A stretch of DNA of 64,000 bases. Origin: Harriotta raleighana (taxonomy: Eukaryota). The stretch is taken from the NCBI GenBank assembly GCA_050575255.1, contig JBNZDD010013659.1:1222297-1286296 (forward strand), in the 5' to 3' direction. The notes under the pieces were generated by a model. It saw only the letters and a list, made by a program, of their open reading frames with translations, was not told where the DNA came from and searched no databases. A program made the translations under genes and the position numbers. Below, in pieces: positions 24,708 to 38,372 of the stretch. Every line of letters begins with the position of its first letter. Positions within the stretch are counted from its first letter, which is position 1.

Positions 24708-25719
24708 TTGGGAGGACACCTTAAATTGCTTCACAAGGTTTACTGTACAGAGTTGTAACTTTATTTTTATAGGTGAACATTTGCTAAATTACACTAACTG
24801 ATTGGTGTTTTCCTGTTCTTCTGTCTGTACTTGTACTTTCTTTCTTTGAATTTCAGCTAAGAATATACAAACATTTATGAATTTATCCGATGCATCTCCT
24901 ACAATGGAATAGCTACATTATTTTAGTCATGTTTCTTGGCTAAACATTAAAAAAAACTTACTGTGTTTGACCTATTGCTAAATATAGCTTCAGTTTGAGT
25001 ATCAAAGATCTTAATCCCCTCTGCTCTCTCTGGACGAGTAACAATCCTTTAAGCTAAATAAAGACTGCACTGAGCAGGAAGAAGACAGTTGCAGTAACAG
25101 AAATACTATAGAGCACAGAACAGCTGAAGGACCTTTCTTTCGAGTCTGCAGGGTTGTCACAACAACATTGAGCATAATGAGCATATATTACTGGAAATTG
25201 CATGGCTCAGCTAATGGAATATGGGGGAGAAAAGAGCTTTAAGTGCATGAGTTGCCACAATAGTGTGCAGTTCTGTGACAGGTTCAGGTCTTTCCAGAGT
25301 CTGTTCCAAAATCTTAGCCAGCAGTAATGTGTTGATATGTAGGTTTATTTTTAGATAGCTGGGTGTCTGATATACATAGAAAGTCATCACAATGCTTTAG
25401 ATAGAGTCGCCAAACCAAACTACTGTACTGAGTTCCACATTACTTATGGCTTCTATTGTCCGCTATATAGCTGCACTCTGCCACAAAATTCACAGGAGAG
25501 AATCAGAAACTTTTGTAAACATAAGGTGATTGTAAAGATGGATATCAGCGCCTTGGGTTTTCCTCCAGACATGAAAGGCGTTCTATAAATGTAATTTTGT
25601 TGTTGTTTTAGTATAGATGGTTGTACAGATGGTTAGTACAGACTGTTGTCAATATGTTGCAATTATACACTGCTTGATCATATTGATGAGATAGCGGCTT
25701 ATTTCAAAGTAACATTCGG

Positions 25720-26040
25720 TCTAATGCTTTTCACATCAGAAAAAAATCTCAAAGTGCTTCACAGGATTTTACTGTAAAGTGTACTTATAATAGTAATGTG
25801 TATTTGTAAGCAAAAGCAGTAGCCCTTTGTACCACAAACAGCCATGAAATCAAGACCAATGTTATTTGGGGGGGAATGCTCTCCTAAACACCAGGAAAAT
25901 CTCCCCTCTCTTTTTGAATAGTACATTGGGATCCCCGACGTACATCTAACCAGGCAGATGGGTCCTCAGTTTAATATCTCTTCTGAAGCATGGCTTCTCC
26001 ACCAATGCAACACATCCCTAAGCACTGACCTGGAGTCACT
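25720..26040 (-). mobile_element. Old SacSINE-like DeuSINE
   Basis: tttttgaatagtacattgggatccc...caggcagatgggtcctcagtttaatatctc...caatgcaacac. Confidence 0.65.
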
Positions 26041-27119
26041 TTAGTATTCAATGTCCCAATAAGCTAACAGACAATCGATGCCCCCATTTACATTGCCACA
26101 GTATTTCATAACCATTTCAACCTATATCACCAGTTCTAAGAATTGAACAAATGCACATATACTGTACTGTATTCATAAGCGCAAAGCAAACCCATCTCTA
26201 AAATTGAAACTGTCTGACTATGCAGGAGCAATGTAGTCTGGTTTAGCTTACAGCAAGACCACGTGATGAAGGCTGTAATATTTGAACAGCAGCCCTGCAA
26301 GGAAACATTTCCAAGGATCCCGATTAAAATCTGAAAGCTACGCAGCCTTCTTTTCAAGTGTAATGAGGCTCGCTTGTCCATGTGTTACAGATTAACAGGA
26401 TTATGTTAGCAAACCAGCTCTGCAGTGAGCAATCATCTACTAACTTGGCTTAGAAACTTCCAATCAGTTTCGCACTGAAGGTTGCATTTATTAAAACAAA
26501 AAGAGGTTAAAAGGAAATGCCAGTGATTTTAATCACTTGATCTTATGTGATTGATTGCCCTTCAAAAACAACGCAAATTTGCATTCTCCAGTTTCGTAGT
26601 GTTGAAATGGCAACTCAAGCCAAACCCTAAAACCAGGAACATATGATCTAAATGTACGTAGCGAGTCTGAACGGTGGACAAACTCTCCCCTTTAACCAAG
26701 AGTCACGTTTCTGTATTTTTGCGATAAATTACAACAATTCGGGTGGCCTCATATGTTACTTCCACAAATTATTGCTCTGCCACTGAAAGTAGCAGTTCCT
26801 TAAAATATTGCAAAGTATTGTTCTACGATACCAATATACATTGTGCTGGCTGGATCTACTAGATTTCTTTAAAAAAACAGAAAAATGCAATCTGTGCACT
26901 AGTTTCAAGCAAAAAGCACAGAATCAGCTGCAAACCATATTGACAGACACATAAGAATTATTGTAATGTCTATTTAACGATTGTTGCTCTGCAAACATTT
27001 GCTATGATCTGCCGTAGTAAAAAAATGCTCCACTCTGCATTTCTATAATTGGTGCTCTGTACTGTATATGGTTCCAGGCATCCCAACGCAGGTGGCCCTT
27101 TCATTAAAATTGTATTTCA

Positions 27120-27350
27120 CTGATGGTTCAGTAGGTACGTACACCCAATGCCCACTGAGTGATACTGAACTGTTCTATACTCATCTTGTTCTAATATAGC
27201 TGACCTTAGCTGGGGCCGTGGGAGAAGTACTACAAATGGCATGAATACCCTGGGTTTGGAAAGTGGGAGAAAGAAGAAATCTGTTACCGTTTCCACAAGG
27301 CAATGATGACTCCAGTATAGATGGGGACAGAATTGGACTTGACGATCCTG
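27120..27350 (+). mobile_element. Ancient unclassified SINE-like repeat, 5' part (probable related 3' parts at 28250-28445 and 21540-21690, minus strand)
   Basis: ggttcagtaggt A-box-like start, tagctgaccttagctgggg; weak reverse overlap with 28415-28445; family recalled from shark genomes. Confidence 0.4.
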
Positions 27351-27369
27351 CTGATTCTCCCCTCCTCCC

Positions 27370-27370
<1 letters not shown>

Positions 27371-27407
<37 letters not shown>
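27371..27407. repeat. (CA)n microsatellite
   Basis: About 18 uninterrupted CA units. Confidence 0.98.
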
Positions 27408-27411
<4 letters not shown>

Positions 27412-27479
27412 CACAAACAACAAATTGCTTGCTAACCATCACTGTTATCCGACTATGGGTCAATATTGGGTACGGGCAA

Positions 27480-27720
27480 GTCTCTAGATGTCACAGAGTA
27501 TACTGCAAAGTGAATTGACTGTATATTTGTGAGCAAAACGCAGCAGCCAATTGCACACAAACAATCATGGATTGAAATGATCAATTTAATTTTTTTTTGA
27601 GGGATTATTATTAGGCATTTGGAGTAAGGAAACTTGTCCAAGGTTTCGCTCTGACATGCCTGGATTCGAACACAGGTTTCACGCTTGTAAGGCGAGTGCT
27701 CTAATCATTGAGCTACAAGA
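27480..27720 (-). mobile_element. tRNA-derived Deu-like SINE
   Basis: Matches 24384-24707; tail missing. Confidence 0.9.
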
Positions 27721-29279
27721 TATTAATGCAATTAATGTGATATTAATGCAAAAGACCAGAATAAGTAGAAGAATCTTTGACACATAATGTGCAGAACTGT
27801 ATCCTTTTAGCTACAACAAATCTATAAACTAAATAAGAGACCATGTAGAAATAAGATACTTCCAAATCATCACAGATTATAATCATAACAATACTTTTTG
27901 CATTTGATATAGCAACTTATGTCATTGAGACATATTAAAGCCTTCACAGAATATACTGAAGTGAATTGACTGTATATTCTGTGGACAAAACTGTAATGCA
28001 ACAGGACCAGAAAGTTGTATACAGTATTAATTTATTGAAAGCTCATGACAGTCAGAAGAGTATGCTGTGCACACTCTGTCGAGATGGTGACTGGAGGGTG
28101 GTGGAGGTTAAGCAATAATAAAAACTGAAATTTGAACATAAAATTATTTTCTGGCCTCCCTCCCAAGCTTGTCAATCAACACAGAAACAACAATACCCTG
28201 ACACTTCAGTGCTAACCTTTCATTACGTCTATCCTTTCTATTTTTCTCCTGGAGGCACTGACTCAAACTGCTGTATAACTCCACAGGTGCAGATTGCCCT
28301 ACAGTACCTTGTCCAAGGGGCTGTTTCTTCATGTGTGAGCCTGGACAGTGACTGAGTCAGGCTGTTTGACTGTGGGGGATGGAGTTGGTTGGTGGGGGAG
28401 GGAGAGACGAGTTGGTCACAGACAAACCTGATCCTGTCTTCATTAGTAGTTTATAACCATTTTTTCTGTGCTCACTTAGAAGCTGCGCTGTTGTGCCAAG
28501 ACACACCTTAGGGGTCAGATTTATTGCACGAGTTGTAATGTTGAATAAGAAAATAAACTTCCATGATTCTCAGTTGCTTGCCAGCACTGGCTCCAAGGGG
28601 GGAAAAATGCTCTCTGACAAGTTGTAATCCGGTTGACTTTTGCTGCAGCTACAAAATGCTGGATAACAATGAGTCTGTTGAAAACGGATGCGAGGCATCA
28701 CCATTCAAGCACTTACTAAATCAGGCTGAAAATGCCCATTCATTGAGATACAGCCTTGTGTAAACTTACATGGTTTAGATTTGTATTGAAAACCGTTTGC
28801 ATTGATGCGTGCCAGCTATCAGCTATGCGCCAGACAGAACTGCCTACCAGAGACAGACATTGCAATTATCACCTAGTTAAGAAGCAAAGCATTTGCTTGG
28901 GCGAGTTTGATTGGTTACAATTGACAATTCACATCCTTGTATTTTACTTACATAGGAACATATGCTGCACAAATTGAACAATAGTCCTGGCGTAATATCC
29001 AACAGGTGTGTGTACATGACACAAGGGAGATGCAAGAAATTAAAAAGCATTTGTTTAATTCTTTGAACTGGTATCAGTCCCTTTTCTGAATTATTTTAAA
29101 ACGCTGTCAATTTTCAGGAAATAATGTATCGCGCTTCGAGACATCCTGCTAACACTGAAGACGCTATATCAAATGCAAGGATTATTAATTATTATTACAA
29201 CCGATAACTGCATTTAAGGTATTCATTACTTGGGGATTTTACAATTCCACTTTTTTTTCAATTGATTTTTTAGATTCAG

Positions 29280-29468
29280 CAGCCTATTGTGCACAGCAGT
29301 GTCCCACAAACAATCGTGGATTGAAATGACCAATTTTTTTTTGGTGGGTTTTTTGTGACAGATTATTATTAGGTATGTGGAGTAAGGAAACTTGCCCAAG
29401 GTTTCGCCCTGATCTGCCTGGATTTGAACACGCTTGTAAGGTGAGTGCTCTAAACACTGAGTTACAGG
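29280..29468 (-). mobile_element. tRNA-derived Deu-like SINE, 5' part
   Basis: gtggagtaaggaaacttgcccaaggtttcgccctgatctgcctgga. Confidence 0.9.
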
Positions 29469-31714
29469 ATAAGATAATATATCAGATGCAAGAATTATAA
29501 TTATTGTTAATTGTTGGTGACTTGATAATGATTCTTTATCTCTTGAGAAGGCTGCCAGCATTCTGAAGTTAGACAAAGGGATTTGAAGTTTTTAAATGTT
29601 GTTAGCCAAGGTAGTTGTAGCTGAACTACAATAAACTGCAATAATTAAAACAGCCTTTAACAAATGCAAGAAGCATCCTCTTTTCGTTATCAAAACAGAA
29701 TCACAATCATTAATAACTAGGCATAGAGGTACCATTCAAACTTCCTGCACAATGCTAAAGAAATGTTTCCACTGCAACATTCTCCAATTTATATACAGTA
29801 CTCAGATATTATCCATCAGCAGTGGGAGGATTGAGCTCCTTAAATATAATTATTTTCATTCACAACTTGAACCTCTCATTGATATTGCCTCTCCCTACAG
29901 CAAAGTAGATCTGCCATTTCAATAACTAGGGAATGTATTTGGACAGCAAACAGGCCTCCAATAAAAGTAAATGACCTCAACTCTACAAATATGAGAGAGG
30001 GCAGAAACGTTCCAAACTTCAGACAGTATCAGTAGGCAGCACAGCTCAAAGTAATCGTCAGGTAGATACCTTATTCAAGAGACAAATAATAGCAATGGAT
30101 TGGATTGCTGTGGACTTGCTAGATAGTCACAGTCAGTTTAGAGAGAGACTGTACTTAACTCTCCCCCAAATACAATGCTCAATTTATTAACTGTGAAAAG
30201 ATAAAGCCCTCACTCAACCTACAAAGATTAGAGCCCAGAACCTTGTATTCCGAAGTCCTGTGTTCAACATGCCAAGCTGCCTAGGCGAGATAAGATAAAC
30301 GACAAGATGTACAGAGAATGGGCTTCAGGTCTTGCACTTATACTCATAGATTACGGGAAGGTGTAAACACATTACACCTCACTGAGATTTCACCCGTCCC
30401 ACTCACAGTCACATGCTGAAGTAGCTGGGTCTCAGGGCACATTTCAGCACACATTCAGCTCATGTGCCACTTCCAGCTCTTCTTGTCAGCAGCAGTACAG
30501 CCAATTAGCAAGAATTAGTAAGTTGTTATAACAAAAGGAATGCACCATTAACCCTTCTCTTACTCCACTGACAATAATTCAGCAAAACACAGGTATTTGA
30601 AATAGGTGATAAAAAGATGATATAGGTTTAGGACATACCAGGATTAGGCAATTCTTTCCACGTAGACAATGAAATGCACTAGTAATGGCCGTTTTAAAAA
30701 CATATACCTGGCAATATTCCAATTGCCTGTAAATTTGACAATCGGGTAATTGAACCCATATTACCATTTATGTTTTTTTAAATATATTTTTAGAATATCA
30801 ATTGAGAGAATTATTGTACACTAAAATCGAAAAAGTCTGCCAAACAGAAAACATTTTAAAGGAACATTCAACACATACTAGATCTGTTAAAAAGCATCCA
30901 TCTTATAGTATTTCTCAATGTCAATCATGCACCAACCTGCAGCAAAACACTTGCTAAAAAAATCTAAGGCGCACTTTACATTTGCACTGAATAAAAAAAC
31001 ACAGAATAATCTACAGTCTTTTGAAAACAAAAGAATATGTAAACAATGGGTGTTGATTCTGTGAAAGTTTTGTATACTGTACACACAATATCAATATAAG
31101 ATCACACAGTACCGTTTTATGTTTGCAGCAAAGTCAGGGACTTTTTGACTCACTATCCCTGTGCTTTTGCTAACTCTCTCCCAATGGAGCTTCCTATTCT
31201 AATCCTCTGATATGAACACAAATGTATGCTACAGAAACATTAGACGGTTATACTGCAACCGTTCATGTCTCTTCTTGAAATCACATATTTTGTGCCAGAC
31301 TATTCCTATACCTACCATTTACTGCTCAGTTACTATTTACAAGCACTATCATGTGCTTGTCTTTAACCAGCCCTCTTTCCAAGTGACCATTATTCATGAA
31401 TGAGTCTGTTCTTGTCAACAAGTGTTTCCAGATATTCAATCACAGGTGCTGTGTCCAATCCTGAACTCAGTTCCCCAAACCCCAAATACAAGGATCCTTA
31501 TTATTATTAGCATATCACAATCAGTGTTAAACTTTTCCTGCATTCTAAACACCCACTCAGACATTGATTCAGATAAGCACTGGTAAACGTATATGAGCAA
31601 GTTACTCACAACAATAGCAGTGCCAGAGTTGTTCTCACTTACAGTATATCTATTTTACTGGAGTCCATCAACCTGAAGGTAGACTCTAAGTAAGGTAGAG
31701 ATTAGTAAGGATAC

Positions 31715-31861
31715 CTCTGGTGACACAAAACTCGGAATAGGGCAGTGCAAAGTCAAGGCCAAGCAGTTTATACTGCCAACTAATTCTCTGGGAAGGAGAC
31801 TATCTCCTCCAAGAGTTTCCTTCTCCTTTCTTATCTCTGCTGCCTGCATAGCATCACCAAC
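31715..31861 (-). CDS. Probable 147-nt internal coding exon (phase 0-0), VGDAMQAAEIRKEKETLGGDSLLPRELVGSINCLALTLHCPIPSFVSPE, gene unidentified
   Basis: atgtttgtttag|GTT...CCAGAG|gtatcc; only frame 0 open; non-repetitive, protein-like composition; artefactual copy at 33077-33223. Confidence 0.45.
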
Positions 31862-32736
31862 CTAAACAAACATATCACCCACTTAAGACATTTTTCAAGT
31901 TTCAAACATGGCAAGAGCACTGATTGTCTTGACAATAGCGCAGGATTTAACACAGGCTCAACTACAGTGAAATACTGCACATGGCTCTCACATGATTATA
32001 ATGTGGATTACACCTTTCTTACTCAGTTTAGTCAGATCTGTTTCCTAATAATTGCATCAACTGATGTTTTAGCCCATGTGGATTACAGCTCAGAGAATTC
32101 TTGAGCAGAAGTAATTGTGTTAAGTGTATTGTATTGTATAATCGCCAGCAGGAATATCTTATGGTAAACGGGACAAAATAGGCAGTCACAACACTTCACA
32201 GGAAACCTTTCCAGATACTTTGAGACATCCTTGCAACATGAAAGATGCTATATCAAATGTAAACATTATTATTTTAAACACACTGAAGCATTATGCCAAT
32301 TATGGTTTAGGTATTGTAGAATAAAAAGAGATTTACAACTGAGAATGCAAAGCAGTCGGACCCATTTAACTTATTATTGCCCTCCTAAATGATTTCCTGT
32401 TATGAGATTTTTTAAGACTCATTTTTGTTGCACCGATCTGATCATAAGCCATGTACAACCATGAGGGGAAGGGGGAAGAATGAAGAGAGACTGAGCTTCC
32501 AGGAGATCAACAAACTTTGTCAGATGAATCAATGATGAATCGTCTCCACAACATATTATGTGTACACTATCTGTGTTTACACAGATCAACCAGAATTAAA
32601 GGACAATTACACCTTCTAGGTCCATACTTGCCAGACTGCCATGAGATACAGTATCCCCAGACTTTGAACTGCATGTCAATTCTGAAACAGCTAATTGTCC
32701 CTTTCCACCAGTATAGGGTCTTGTGAAATGAAACAT

Positions 32737-33022
32737 AGTAATAGTAATCCTTGAATTTGATATAGAGCTTTTCACCTCTTCTAGATGTCTCAAAGCTCTT
32801 CTCAGAATATACTGTAAAGTGAATTGACTGTATAGTTGTGGGCGAAACGCAGCAGCCTATAGTCCATAGCAGTGTCCCACAAACAGTTGTGGATTGAAAT
32901 GACCAATTTTATTATTGTGTTTTGTTTTAGAGGGGATTATTATTAGGCATGTGGAGTAGATTTGAACACAGGTCTCACGTTTGTAAGGTGAGTGCTCTAA
33001 CCACCGAGCGAAAGGACTCCAC
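32737..33022 (-). mobile_element. tRNA-derived Deu-like SINE with internal deletion (duplicated at 34099-34384)
   Basis: Matches family; the ggaaacttgcccaagg segment is missing. Confidence 0.88.
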
Positions 33023-34761
33023 ATGAGCTAATGATACAATCTGGTTCCAGATTCAATGGATTTCACNNNNNNNNNNCTCTGGTGACACAAAACTCGGAAT
33101 AGGGCAGTGCAAAGTCAAGGCCAAGCAGTTTATACTGCCAACTAATTCTCTGGGAAGGAGACTATCTCCTCCAAGAGTTTCCTTCTCCTTTCTTATCTCT
33201 GCTGCCTGCATAGCATCACCAACCTAAACAAACATATCACCCACTTAAGACATTTTTCAAGTTTCAAACATGGCAAGAGCACTGATTGTCTTGACAATAG
33301 CGCAGGATTTAACACAGGCTCAACTACAGTGAAATACTGCACATGGCTCTCACATGATTATAATGTGGATTACACCTTTCTTACTCAGTTTAGTCAGATC
33401 TGTTTCCTAATAATTGCATCAACTGATGTTTTAGCCCATGTGGATTACAGCTCAGAGAATTCTTGAGCAGAAGTAATTGTGTTAAGTGTATTGTATTGTA
33501 TAATCGCCAGCAGGAATATCTTATGGTAAACGGGACAAAATAGGCAGTCACAACACTTCACAGGAAACCTTTCCAGATACTTTGAGACATCCTTGCAACA
33601 TGAAAGATGCTATATCAAATGTAAACATTATTATTTTAAACACACTGAAGCATTATGCCAATTATGGTTTAGGTATTGTAGAATAAAAAGAGATTTACAA
33701 CTGAGAATGCAAAGCAGTCGGACCCATTTAACTTATTATTGCCCTCCTAAATGATTTCCTGTTATGAGATTTTTTAAGACTCATTTTTGTTGCACCGATC
33801 TGATCATAAGCCATGTACAACCATGAGGGGAAGGGGGAAGAATGAAGAGAGACTGAGCTTCCAGGAGATCAACAAACTTTGTCAGATGAATCAATGATGA
33901 ATCGTCTCCACAACATATTATGTGTACACTATCTGTGTTTACACAGATCAACCAGAATTAAAGGACAATTACACCTTCTAGGTCCATACTTGCCAGACTG
34001 CCATGAGATACAGTATCCCCAGACTTTGAACTGCATGTCAATTCTGAAACAGCTAATTGTCCCTTTCCACCAGTATAGGGTCTTGTGAAATGAAACATAG
34101 TAATAGTAATCCTTGAATTTGATATAGAGCTTTTCACCTCTTCTAGATGTCTCAAAGCTCTTCTCAGAATATACTGTAAAGTGAATTGACTGTATAGTTG
34201 TGGGCGAAACGCAGCAGCCTATAGTCCATAGCAGTGTCCCACAAACAGTTGTGGATTGAAATGACCAATTTTATTATTGTGTTTTGTTTTAGAGGGGATT
34301 ATTATTAGGCATGTGGAGTAGATTTGAACACAGGTCTCACGTTTGTAAGGTGAGTGCTCTAACCACCGAGCGAAAGGACTCCACATGAGCTAATGATACA
34401 ATCTGGTTCCAGATTCAATGGATTTCACATTAGGAATCATCTTCAAAGATAATTATACTGCTCATAATAGTCAATGACAAAAATGGATATTGTTTTAAAG
34501 TCTTTCCATCTAGTTATCACTGAGAATGTACATATCAACCAAAATGCTAAAGTGTCACCAAGCAAGAAAAGAGCTGTTTATCAACATGATCAATCCTAAA
34601 CTCCGGTTGGTAGATTACAGCATCTCACTGAGACGGGTGTAGCTCATTTGTTAGAAGCATAGACTGTATACCTTCATAAATTTGCATGTTGCTGCATATA
34701 CAGTCTGATCATACATATCAAGCTCCTTCTCAACTTAATGCTGCAATCTTCTGAGATATGA

Positions 34762-34975
34762 ATAGAATCATAGAAATTTACAGCACAGAAGGAGGCCATT
34801 TGGTCCATCAAGATTGCGCAAGCTCTTAGAGCAAGCAGTTCATTCAATCCCACTGCCCAACCCGAGCCGTGTAAATCCATCGAGTCTTTTTCTCTTATAA
34901 TTGTCTACTTCCCACTTGAAACCCACAATGGACTCTGGCTCAACCACTTTCTGTGACACAGCTTCCCACATCTGT
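34762..34975 (-). mobile_element. CR1 LINE 3' end
   Basis: atagaatcatagaaatttacagcacagaaggaggccatttggtccatc = reverse CR1 tail. Confidence 0.82.
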
Positions 34976-36621
34976 GTGCAAAAAACATTTTTATATTTAT
35001 AAAGATAAAGATAAAATAATGCGCTAAAATAATCCTTTCATTTGAAATGGCTTAAAGCACTTCACAGTTATTTCTATTAAGTAGACTGTGCTATTGCGTC
35101 AGCCAAATTGTACCAGCCAAATATTGTCAGCCAAATATTCCACAAACTACAATGTCCTGCCTGGCAATGTCCTACAAACTCCGTGTTTAAATTGTATTTT
35201 TTTTAATAAAACATTGGCTAACAGTAAGGGCAGCATTCAAAATTCCTGTTTTCATATGTGTAAGGGTACATAAATGCTCTGCAAGACACATCAAAATGAA
35301 ATGCATCAGTCCAGAGGGCATGGTGAAGAAAAAGAGAATAACAAAAAAAGGGCTGTAGCTGCCTGAAATCTGTGGACAACTCAAGTGATAGATGATGGGA
35401 GTATATTTTATTAACATTCATTATTATCAAACATCTTCCTCGCTGAAAAAAACTGGAAAAATCCATGAAAAGAAGCTGTAAAACAACCCATTAATTCAAA
35501 ATGTCTAGTTGTGGTTTAACATTTCAAGAAGCATTTTCGTGACCCAAAGCCGCTGGGAGACCTGGGTGGGTTTCAGATTACAAAACAATTTGAAGACAGG
35601 ATCATCTACGAATCCACAGTCACTGAACATTACAGTATGTCCTCTAAAATGCTTTGAGCCATCATCCTCAAATGCAAATTATTAATTATAGTGAGTCTAT
35701 GTAACTGCAAATATTAAAAGAAAAACATTAATTACATGAATATGAAATGAACTGTAACTGTCCACGAAGATACCTGTACAGCTAGAGCATGTAGATTCTT
35801 TGTCCTGCGGAGGTGAGGACATGTCTACATCTTCATGTCTGTCTTGGATTGCTGCAGATCTCTCCACAGTACAATATCAATCCTGAGGAGACTACACTTA
35901 CCTCCTTTTACTTTTTACAGATATGGTATCAACTTCAAAGGGGTAAAGGGCAAAGTGGCTCAGTTGGAATTTGAACCCAGAACCTTCTGTGTCCAAATCT
36001 GAACTGAACAAGTTACTCAAAAGCTTACGTTCACGGGCTAAAAATATTTTGAAATTCCACCTCCTCAAAGGCCCAATTTTAATAGACAAAATATATTCTT
36101 TAGTCACTGAAGAATCAAATATTCTGGGAGTTGGTGATTTTACAAAGTAAGCTACAGTGGATGCCAGTTATATGACTTAAATGTAGTATTTTTGTACCCT
36201 CTTCATTTCAAAAGTGTGCCAGTAAATTGTAGGCTGTGCAAAGAAATACACATTGAAATATCTAAAATGAGGAACTGGGCACACAGCATCCTCTCCTTTC
36301 CACTCAGAGACTTGGATTTCAATATAGCCGAATCTGCTGAGATGAATGTCTCTTCTCTCTGCCAGCTTAAGGGTCCTAAATGTAATGAACCCTGGCAGTC
36401 TCAACCTACTATCTAACAAGCAAAAGTTCACAGCATAAAATTGTTAATAGCTCAGAATAGATTGATATGGAATTGGCAATCTCATTTAGAGAGGCTAGAA
36501 AATTAGCTGCTGGGCAAGCCTCATACTGGTACATGAAGAGGCAATCTTCTGAGGTCAGAGTTAAGGCACCACATCGGGGCATGATACAGATAGATCAACT
36601 CTGCAACTTGTGCGTCATTCA

Positions 36622-38372
36622 GTATTAAAAAGACAACAAATTTACTTCTGAATCTAATACCCTGGTGCCTGGATTTCGCTGAACAAATTTTAAAGGTTTT
36701 TTTAATAAATAATTACTCTGCACACTAAAACAGACTGCCTGTGTGAATCCCCATAAGATACTCAGACGTGTATTAATACCTGCAATAACTTACATTTAAA
36801 CAGCCACTCTCTTCATAAAAATAAACAGCTCGAAGGTCTTTACTTCTAATTATAATCAATGCATAAGCAGCTGCATTATTTTTCCACCCTCCCCATTATA
36901 TGTATTCAATAAATTCAGCTTGCTAATCTAACAACATTTTACAACAACAAACACAGTATTACTCATGCTGTACCTGACCTGAGTTTGCTTAATGGTGACT
37001 CTCAATCACCAAACCACATGGTGTTCGGTCTGCATTACTGACCATCCGTCACCATGATGAGCACACAAATTCATCCCACACAAAATATAGAGCTAATNGA
37101 GAGGGAGGGGGGTGGGGTGGGGGTGGGGAATAGAGAGATGGAGGAAACAGAGAGAGAGAGGGAGGGGGAATGGAGAGTTGGAAGAAAGAGAGAGAGAGAG
37201 AGGGAGAGAGAGGAGGGGGGAATGGAGAGATGGGGGAAAGGGAGAGAGAGAGANNNNNNNNNNNNNNNNNNNNNNNNNNNNNNNNNNNNNNNNNNNNNNN
37301 NNNNNNNNNNNNNNNNNNNNNNNNNNNNNNNNNNNNNNNNNNNNNNNNNNNNNNNNNNNNNNNNNNNNNNNNNNNNNNNNNNNNNNNNNNNNNNNNNNNN
37401 NNNNNNNNNNNNNNNNNNNNNNNNNNNNNNNNNNNNNNNNNNNNNNNNNNNNNNNNNNNNNNNNNNNNNNNNNNNNNNNNNNNNNNNNNNNNNNNNNNNN
37501 NNNNNNNNNNNNNNNNNNNNNNNNNNNNNNNNNNNNNNNNNNNNNNNNNNNNNNNNNNNNNNNNNNNNNNNNNNNNNNNNNNNNNNNNNNNNNNNNNNNN
37601 NNNNNNNNNNNNNNNNNNNNNNNNNNNNNNNNNNNNNNNNNNNNNNNNNNNNNNNNNNNNNNNNNNNNNNNNNNNNNNNNNNNNNNNNNNNNNNNNNNNN
37701 NNNNNNNNNNNNNNNNNNNNNNNNNNNNNNNNNNNNNNNNNNNNNNNNNNNNNNNNNNNNNNNNNNNNNNNNNNNNNNNNNNNNNNNNNNNNNNNNNNNN
37801 NNNNNNNNNNNNNNNNNNNNNNNNNNNNNNNNNNNNNNNNNNNNNNNNNNNNNNNNNNNNNNNNNNNNNNNNNNNNNNNNNNNNNNNNNNNNNNNNGTAT
37901 TAAAAAGACAACAAATTTACTTCTGAATCTAATACCCTGGTGCCTGGATTTTGCTGAACAAATTTTAAAGGTTTTTTTAATAAATAATTACTCTGCACAC
38001 TAAAACAGACTGCCTGTGTGAATCCCCATAAGATACTCAGACGTGTATTAATACCTGCAATAACTTACATTTAAACAGCCACTCTCTTCATAAAAATAAA
38101 CAGCTCGAAGGTCTTTACTTCTAATTATAATCAATGCATAAGCAGCTGCATTATTTTTCCACCCTCCCCATTATATGTATTCAATAAATTCAGCTTGCTA
38201 ATCTAACAACATTTTACAACAACAAACACAGTATTACTCATGCTGTACCTGACCTGAGTTTGCTTAATGGTGACTCTCAATCACCAAACCACATGGTGTT
38301 CGGTCTGCATTACTGACCATCCGTCACCATGATGAGCACACAAATTCATCCCACACAAAATATAGAGCTAAT
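36622..38372. other. 476-bp duplication (36622-37097 = 37897-38372) flanking gap 37254-37896: likely misassembly at a GA-rich MITE
   Basis: Near-identical copies (ttcgc vs tttgc); GA-rich 37099-37253 overlaps 38550-38602. Confidence 0.85.

Larger units (their letters stand above)
31715..34428. other. 1352-bp duplication (31715-33066 = 33077-34428) around a 10-N gap: likely assembly artefact
   Basis: Apparently identical copies offset by 1362; ORF pairs 32517/33879 and 32596/33958 are identical. Confidence 0.9.

Noticed and set aside
37054-38003. 263-290-aa ORFs
   Set aside because: N-gap plus GA microsatellite
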